Below, piece after piece: positions 56,795-64,000 of a DNA stretch of 64,000 nt. The stretch lies in the NCBI GenBank assembly GCA_964019335.1, contig OZ025747.1, positions 186,001 to 250,000 of the forward strand, in the 5' to 3' direction. The notes beneath the pieces were generated by a model. That model worked only from the letters and a program-made list of their open reading frames with translations. It was not told the DNA's origin and did not search any database. Origin of the DNA: Diplonema japonicum (lineage: Eukaryota > Protista > Euglenozoa: Diplonemea). Position 1 is the first letter of the stretch, and each line of letters begins with the position of its first letter. The translations under genes were made by a program, and so were the position numbers.

Positions 56795-58043
56795 ATGCCT
56801 TTGGCAGGCCCGCGAACTTATTGGGTGGTGCAAGAGGGCTACGGCCCTGACGACGCTGTTAAGGTTGTTCTAACTGAGAAGGCAGATGTGTGCGATTTGC
56901 TGGAGGTATGTGACAGCAACAACAAAAAAAAAATTTTTTTTTCCCCCTCTCTTAGAAAGCGGCAGAACTGTTTTCCTTTGAAGAAATAGGGAAACTGCTG
57001 CCCTCGCAACTCCAGGTTTACATCAAAGACGAACAGTTAAGCACCCGGCTAGTGGTTTCGGAGGCAGTCACTAGTTCAGACACCTTGATTGTCAGGCCGA
57101 AACCAGGCGAGATCGAGAATTTAAAGCAGATATTGGCAAGAAAGGCAAAAGAAACAAAACTGCCCACCGGACGGAGGAAGTCTCAAGACAGAAGCACCTC
57201 GCCGAACAGAGGCCAGTCTCGTAAACATTCGAAACCTGTGCCGAAGCCCACTGCTTCTACCCGCACGTTCTCGACCCCGCGGAAAGACCACCCGGGACTG
57301 GCGAACACTACAGGAGGGATCCACAACAGACATTTCTCTTCTCGCGCTTTCGACAGACCAGTTGCGTCCTCCAAGCGACACACCACTACGCACAGCGTAC
57401 CCCTCTCAAGGATAGCATCTAGAACCCCCAACAGGACCCCAACTCTTGTGAAAAGACAGGTATTGTTTTTTTTTTTCTTTTTTTTTCTTTTTTTTTTCTT
57501 GTTGTTGTTGCCCTTCTTCTTCTTTCTTCTTTTTTGAAAGGGGGGGGGGGAGAGACGTGGGAAAGGGCGGGGAAGGGCACACAACCCCCCCCCCCCCCCC
57601 CCCTTTACTCTCTTCCCCTTTTTCCCAGGACGCTCGTATCCCGCCGCCGCGTAAAAATCCCATTATACCCCAAGGGAGGTTTGTAAGAGGGAAGTCGCCC
57701 CCTGCACCGACGAGGGGTTTGTATATGGGTGGGAGCAGCATGCCCGTGTTCAGGGAAAGGGCCGTGAGGAGGAGGAGCTTCTAAAGAAAAAAAAAAAGCA
57801 AAAAAAAAAGTGTACTTTTTCCCACCACCCCCTCCCCCTCCTCCCCCATCCCTTTTTCCCCTCTACAGTCTACGGCTTTGAAGCAATACGCCTTCCCCGA
57901 CGGCTCGAGCAACACAAGCAATGCCTTCGGTGCAACGTCAACGTGGGAGAGCATTGTGGCAGCACGGAGATCAAAATTTGGAGACGCTTCGAGACGAAGC
58001 AGATCGGCATCGAGGAAGAGCGATATTATAGGGAGAGATGTAT

Positions 58044-58083
<40 letters not shown>

Positions 58084-59051
58084 AAAAAACTTTAAAAAAA
58101 AATAAAGGGGTTAACGCTAAAGAGACTTGCGGACACGCAATCCTTCCTTGCCCCAGGCAGGCGGTCGTACCCCTCGGCATCAGCTCCTCAGCTACCACAA
58201 CGATTCGAAGTCAGCCGGCATCTTTTATCTCCCGAACCGCGGAACCGTAGCTCAACGGGGTCGGACGATGTTATGAGAAGACGGAAGTTAGACGAAGAAA
58301 GACGCAGAAAAGAAGCCGGCCGGAAAAAACGAGAAGAGAAAGAACGGAGGAAACAACGGGAAGCGGAACAAGAAGACGAACGGAAGAACAAGTCCGACGC
58401 GGACAAAAGAAGAAAAGAAGAGTTCGAGGCAAAACGGAAGAGGATGGAAGAACGGCGGAAGGCGGACCACGAGGCGCGGAAGCGACACGAACAAAGAAGG
58501 CTTTCGAAAGAAAAACTGGAATTAGAACAACAAGCAAGGAAAGACAGAGCAGAACTCGAAACAAAACTCGCCAGAGAAAAACTAAACAAAAGCATCATCG
58601 AGCTGGAAGAAAACGAGAAAAACGCAAGAGACAAATTACTGCAAGACGAAGAGGTGGTCCACTTTGAATTGGAAGAAACTTTCGACAGTGATAGGTCAGT
58701 GATAGCAGACCTCAACAGGCTTGCTAAAGGTGAACAGGATGACTTTTTCAGCGAGGAAGCAAGCAGACGGCGAGACCTTGAGCTCATCGAGGATGAGGCC
58801 CGCAACGTGGTCCACGCCACCCGCTCTGAACACGCAAACAAAATAACAGCCCGCCAGCTCAACAAAGAACGTGAAGAAGCCCTCAAAAGGAAACGGGAGC
58901 ACGAACTGAAAGAAGAAGCCCGTCTTCGGGAGGAGTTCGAAAAACAAGAACGCGCCCGCCTTCAGGCCCTCGAAGACGTTGCTAGCAACTCTCTCACCTT
59001 TTCCTTGCCCTCCGACTCTCCTTGGAAGGGCAAAGACTCCATATTGGTATT

Positions 59052-59088
<37 letters not shown>

Positions 59089-60614
59089 CCTAAAGGGCGT
59101 CATGCGGCACTCCATCCGGCACGACATGCATGGCTTTGACAATGTACCACTCTCGGTTTGGCCTGACAAGGTGTGTGTTTATGAATCAAAAATTGAAAAA
59201 AAAAATTAACAAGATGCACCGTCCGTACGACCCGCCTATCTCCGACTACGACCTGCCTGCAGAGGCAGGGTTGAAGCTTAAAAAATATAAGTTCAAGGTG
59301 TGGGGAAAAAAATTTATAGCTATTTACTGCCAACAAGTAATGACTTTACCGTTACCTCGAAGTTCCGCATTTTACCGTCGAGGGCCCGCAGGGCCCGAGA
59401 TGGTAAAATGCGGAACCGAGAGGTCGGTAAAGCATTACTTGGCGGTAGGTAAGTGGTTTTATTTCACGACACTCTGAAATTACTTCACCACGAGGGGCAC
59501 AACAGGGTGACAAGGGGTACACCAAGAGAGGGGTTACAAAGGTTACAATACAAGTTGTTTTCCCTCCTTTTGTTGACTAAGAGCTGCCGCTGTCGCTGGC
59601 ATTGCCACTGTCACCATCTCTAATCAGGCCTTCCCATACCTGGCGCGGCCGCTGGCTCCTTTTTTTCTGCTGCTTCGGTATTTTGAAGTCACTTGGGGAG
59701 CTTGGGTAAGCTGACTAAGTTACCCTTACCCACAGAAGAGTTACCCCCAGAAACTGGGAACAAGGCCTAGCCAAAAGTGGGCAAATTGGGAGGAAAAAGT
59801 AGTCCAACTTGGAACTGAGCCGAGGCAAAAGTTGGCCAATTGAGCTGAACCTGGGGGGAAATAGCAAACTGAGAGGAAAAAGTACCGAACCGAGGCAAAA
59901 ATTGGCCTACCGAGGCATATTATTTAACGGAAACCCCCTATTACTTCACGGAAAACAGGCCATTATTTCACCGTGAAGTAATGAGATTTAGCGTGAAGTA
60001 ATGGGCCCCCCAGTGCGTGAAGTAATTTCTGAAGAGTGAAATAAAAAAAAAAAAAAAAAAAAGGTGATAGTAAGTTCCCCGTACCGCCGGTGTCTCGAGA
60101 CGGCTGGGATCGTAGCCCGCACGATAGGAGTTGATGTGGTTCATGTGGACGACAGGCTGGGGGAATGGTACAGGGAGGTGGCGAGATGCTGCAAGGGTGC
60201 TGGCTTGAAAGAAGCACCACTTTTGAGGTTGTCAAAAGAAGATGCTGAAAAAGAACTTGGCGGGGGTGGCGTCAGGCTGGGGGAGTGGAACAAAGTAGAC
60301 ATCGGCCTGGCAGACACTGCAGGGCTCGTCAAGAGGGTCACCACAGCTGTACCTGAAATATGCAACAAGTACGGCCCCACCAACGTCCTCCTTGTGAGCC
60401 ATGGTGATATTGCCAACAGATGGCTTCCTGAAGCTGAGTACATAGAGGAGTACAGCTACCTCAAGGTATATGAGATAAAGGTGAACAAAAAAAAAATTTT
60501 TTTTTTCCTTTTCTATAGCTTCATGAAGCCGGTTTTGTGGTGCTCAAGGGACCTCATAGCAAAAGGTCAACTGAAGAAAATATCCTAGAACAATGGAGGA
60601 CTGAAAGCATGTAA
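56795..60614 (+). CDS. Ubl-like N-terminus, low-complexity and charged coiled-coil region, then histidine phosphatase; introns 56906-56955, 57460-57628, (57683 or 57764)-57868, 58040-58107, 59047-59095, 59171-59213, 59298-60063, 60466-60518
   Basis: Phosphatase motifs MRHS.R.D, DPP, SSPYRRCLETA and LLVSHG. The donor of the third intron is uncertain, so the 5' part may be a separate gene. Confidence 0.7.
59317..60043. mobile_element. Hairpin-terminated non-autonomous element, copy B (inverted), inside an intron
   Basis: Reverse complement of 20551-21310, lacking one 20-nt repeat unit and a 13-nt segment. Confidence 0.9.
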
Positions 60615-62069
60615 AAAAAAAAAAAAAAAGAAAAATCTTTTTTTTTTTTTTTTTTTTTTTTCCTATTGAAAGTGCGAAGAAAACAAAACCTTTTTTACTC
60701 ATTGTACACACCCCTTCCCCTCCTCTTCCCCCCCCCCCCCCCCCCCCCCTTTCATCCCCCAGCTGCTTTCATTACCGACCAAAGTACAACACAAATAAAA
60801 ACATATCCTCCTTTGTGCGTGGCTGCCGTACTCTTAACTTACTTAAATATTGTATTGTGAAAAAGGTGCCAGGGAAGAAGAAAAAAAAAAAAACTCGGGC
60901 ATTTTTTTCATTTTACAGTACTTTGATTATTTTAAATGCGGTATGTCGAGATGCTTTTTTTTTTCTTTTTTTTTTTTCATCCCCTCCCCCCATAAAGGAA
61001 GTGGGGCTTGTATTTCACATTTTGGTGCACTTATGAGTGCAATGGGGGAGGGGGGGGTACGCTGGAAAAAAAATAAATAAAAGTCTGGTGTGGTTCTTCC
61101 TTTTTTTTTTTTCCTTTCTTTCCTTCTTCCGCATTCACGTTCTTTTTTTTTTTTTCCCGCGTTTTTTCCTTTAAATTATACCTTTTGAATGAAAAAAAAA
61201 TTTTTTTTTGTAGAAAAAAAAAACCCCACGGTGATTCTGCCATTTGCTATATGCTGATTGAGGGGGGGGGGAAAGAAAAAAACAGCCCCCTTCCTCTTCC
61301 TCCTCCCATTAAATCAAAAAACTTCCTTTGCAGCAAGAATTCGAATTCTTTTTATTCTTTTTTTTTTTGTTTCCTGTGCCATACCCCCTTCTTTGTATCT
61401 CCTTTTGTTTCTTTAAACAGGGCGCCACTATATATTGTTGGCCTCCTTTATCTCTTACATTCTTTTTTTTTTTCTTTCTTCTTTTCCATCTCTTCCCTTT
61501 TTTCCCCCTCTTTCTTGCCTCCAGTGAGCCTCCAAACGACACTGTTGTTAGAAAGTATACTGGAAGGGAAGAGGGAAAAAAAAAAAAAAAACCAAACCAG
61601 AACACAAGTATAAAGAGAGGGAAGAAGAAGACAAAAAAAAGGAGGGGGGTAACAACAAAAAACCACCGAGGGAGGAAAGATCAAAGACTGAATACAATAG
61701 GAAATAATTGAGAGAAGGGGGAAAAAAAAAAAGAAGTGTTTTTTTTTTAACAAAATAAAAAATGGGGCAATACTTTGGGGGGGGGGGGGGGGGGGGGCAG
61801 TGAATGAAGTGACAGAAAAATAAAAAATAAAGAGGGAAAAAAAAGTCCACTGCAAAACTTTATACTTCCCCTCCCCCCCCTTTTCGCTGCTGCGTTCCTG
61901 TCCGGGTTTTCTTTTTTTTTTTTTTATTCCTCCAGGAATCGTTCACACCCCCGTGCCCAAAGCCAATTTGTTTTTGACTTCCTTTTCCTTTTGTAGTGCA
62001 AATCTAAAAAAAAAAAAAAAAAAGTCCCTCCAGGCCAGTGAGAAGGCAGAAAAGGGGAGGGGAAAAAAA

Positions 62070-63160
62070 ATGACCTTTCTTGTGAGCAATTGGGAGTCCG
62101 AATCCGAGCCCGAGGCGGACTGCCAGACGGAGGGGCAACAAGAACCAACATCCCCTGTAGCAGGCACTAAAAGGAAGAGGGAAGATGCAGAGGAAGAATC
62201 GGAACAAGAAGAGAAAGAGGACACACAGCCACTAGCAAAGAAGGCCAGAAGGTCTTACATACCTGGCATGTTGATGGGCTTGTGGCGATGGCTGACTAGG
62301 CAAACGGAACAAGAGGAAAGTGAAGAGGAAGAAGAAGGAGAAGGAGAAGAACAACAACCAGAGGCAGAGCCTGAGCCCACCCCATACACCGGGAGGGACG
62401 GCCTGCTCTGCCTCATGAGGCACTCGACACGTCAAGATGTCAATGGGTTCGAGGCAGCACCCCTTGACCAGTGGCCAGACAAGGTGTGTGCAGATAGATA
62501 TCGCGACAAAATATTTCACACAACACGACACAACAGATGCACCGTCCGTACGACCCGCCTATCTCCGACTACGACCTGCCTGCAGAGGCAGGGTTGAAGC
62601 TAAAGAAATATAACTTTCAGGTAATAATATAGCGGGCAAACAAAAAAAAAAAAAAAAAGGCAATAGTAAGCTCCCCGTACCGCCGGTGTCTCGAGACGGC
62701 TGGGATCGTAGCCCGCACGATAGGAGTTGATGTGGTTCATGTGGACGACAGGCTGGGGGAATGGTGCGTGGAGGTGGCGAGATGCTGCAGAGGTGCTGGC
62801 TTGAATGAGATGCCTATGGAACGGCTGTCTGAGGAGGAAGCCGAAAAAGAACTTGGCGGGGGTGGCGTCAGGCTGGGGGAGTGGAACAAAGTAGACATCG
62901 GCCTGGCAGACGCTGCAGGGCTCATGGACCGCGTTCATGGCGCTGTGGCTGATATTACTCAGACACACGGCCCCACCAACGTCCTCCTTGTGAGCCATGG
63001 TGATGTTGCCAACAGATGGCTTCCTGAAGCTGAGTACATAGAGGAGTACAGCTACATTAAACTTAACGAATCTGGTTTCGTAGTGCTGAAGTCAAACGAG
63101 GCAGGCACACGGCCCACTGTACTAGACATTGTAGAGAGCCACCTTACCGAAGAGATGTGA
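62070..63160 (+). CDS. Histidine phosphatase paralog with acidic N-terminus; introns 62484-62536 and 62621-62659
   Basis: Motifs MRHSTRQD, SSPYRRCLETA and LLVSHG. The spliced frame is open to TGA at 63160. Confidence 0.88.
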
Positions 63161-64000
63161 CGATGGCTAGGGGGGTGGAGGTGCCCTTGATGTGAGATAT
63201 TTGTTTTATAAAGAGGAATCTTGCTCGGTGTGTTATTATTATTATTTTTTTTTTTTAATTCTTACCCATTACCGTGAAGCTTTTTTTTTTTTTAAAGAAG
63301 TGAGTGCCCCCCTTTTAAAATAAAATAAAAAAAATCACACTTTATCCTAGTTTTGAGGTTTTTTCTTCTTTTTTTTTTCTTTGCAAGGGGAGTTGTTGAG
63401 GACTTTAGAAAAAAAGAAAAAAAAAATAATTGGAAGAATCTCGTCTAGTAGATTTCGTACAGGTTTGTCTTCTCATGTTAACTGAAAACAGATTCTTTAT
63501 GCTCCTGGGTGCCTCCAGGAGCCTGTTTTTTTTAATTCCTTCCCTTGTGCCTGGCCTTGTAGCGGCACTCCTCCTATTTCTTTCGATTCTAAAAAAATAT
63601 AAGAAAATAATTTTTTTTCTTACGTGTTTTTCGGTTAAACTACTCCGGTTTCCACCCCCCCCCCCCCCCCCCCGCACGTTCAATTAACAGTTTCTTTTTT
63701 TTTTTTTCCCTTCTACAGGGCCCCCGGTAAGGTGGGGATAGACCGGCGATGCCGGTCTAAGCAATTCTTTTTGAAAACGCCGCCGATCTACGTGGACCGG
63801 CGAATTTCTAGTACCTGCGGTAGGCCATAAGGAGGCAGGGGTTACCCCTTTTGTGAGGAATTTTTCTCTTTTTATTAATCACGGGGTGTGTGGTTTTAGT
63901 TGCATTGCCTGCACCCACTGAATAATAAACTGCAGAAGAGTTCCCTCTCATTCGGTTCTGTGAACGGGCTGCTTCATGGAGCAATCATGAAGCTCGCTGA

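Noticed and set aside
60041-60062. Poly(A) tail implying the hairpin element is a SINE
   Set aside because: A-runs are ubiquitous here and the paralog's intron has the same A-run. No long TSD or Pol III boxes were seen. Not fully excluded.
59298-60063. Introner-type intron creation by the element
   Set aside because: The paralog has an intron at the same position, so the intron predates the insertion.
678-62998. Minus-strand ORFs overlapping the + strand genes
   Set aside because: Antisense shadows with no motifs. The only credible minus-strand coding remnants are inside transposons.
63430-63687. Hydrophobic 85-aa ORF
   Set aside because: Non-ATG start, T-rich low complexity and no motif.
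1-64000. Many short ORFs rich in poly-Lys, poly-Phe, poly-Gly or poly-Pro, and N-terminal poly-K extensions of real genes
   Set aside because: They are translations of homopolymer spacers, A-leaders and introns.
1-64000. tRNA, rRNA, SL RNA or telomeric repeats
   Set aside because: No cloverleaf, rRNA signature, SL exon or TTAGGG array was recognised.

Overview
Eukaryotic nuclear DNA from a gene-dense protist. About 30 protein genes lie on the + strand in one co-directional array. Most have an A-tract directly before the ATG. Short GT-AG introns (mostly 34-77 nt, donor consensus GT(A/G)TG) and homopolymer-saturated spacers are typical. This combination suggests a euglenozoan, most likely a diplonemid (inference). 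Recognisable genes: tandem NTF2, PPR, RING-B-box-coiled-coil, nucleotide-sugar transporter, COQ2, PILS/AEC transporter, VOC enzyme, spermidine-synthase-like methyltransferase, stand-alone dynein stalk protein, Amt, golgin-84, SAM-SAM kinase (2 copies), a large possible scaffold nucleoporin, beta-lactamase-fold hydrolase, V-ATPase G (missed by the ORF track), M28 aminopeptidase and two histidine phosphatases. The most interesting content is non-coding. (1) A recently active ~730-760 bp element occurs twice, with asymmetric sub-terminal inverted repeats and a ~120-nt terminal hairpin (Helentron-like); it sits in an intron and in a pyrimidine tract. (2) A TTAA/piggyBac-type element carries a decayed Cys-rich gene fragment. 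(3) Pogo-like and Sola-like non-autonomous elements are present. (4) One copy of a structured ~230-nt repeat is split by an entire intronless, bacterial-like gene. (5) A conserved hairpin displays an anti-5'-splice-site loop. (6) In a 4.25-kb tandem duplication, every substitution seen is non-synonymous and falls in the kinase. (7) Nucleotide skew appears to oscillate along coding sequences. All comparisons were made by eye; no database searches were run.
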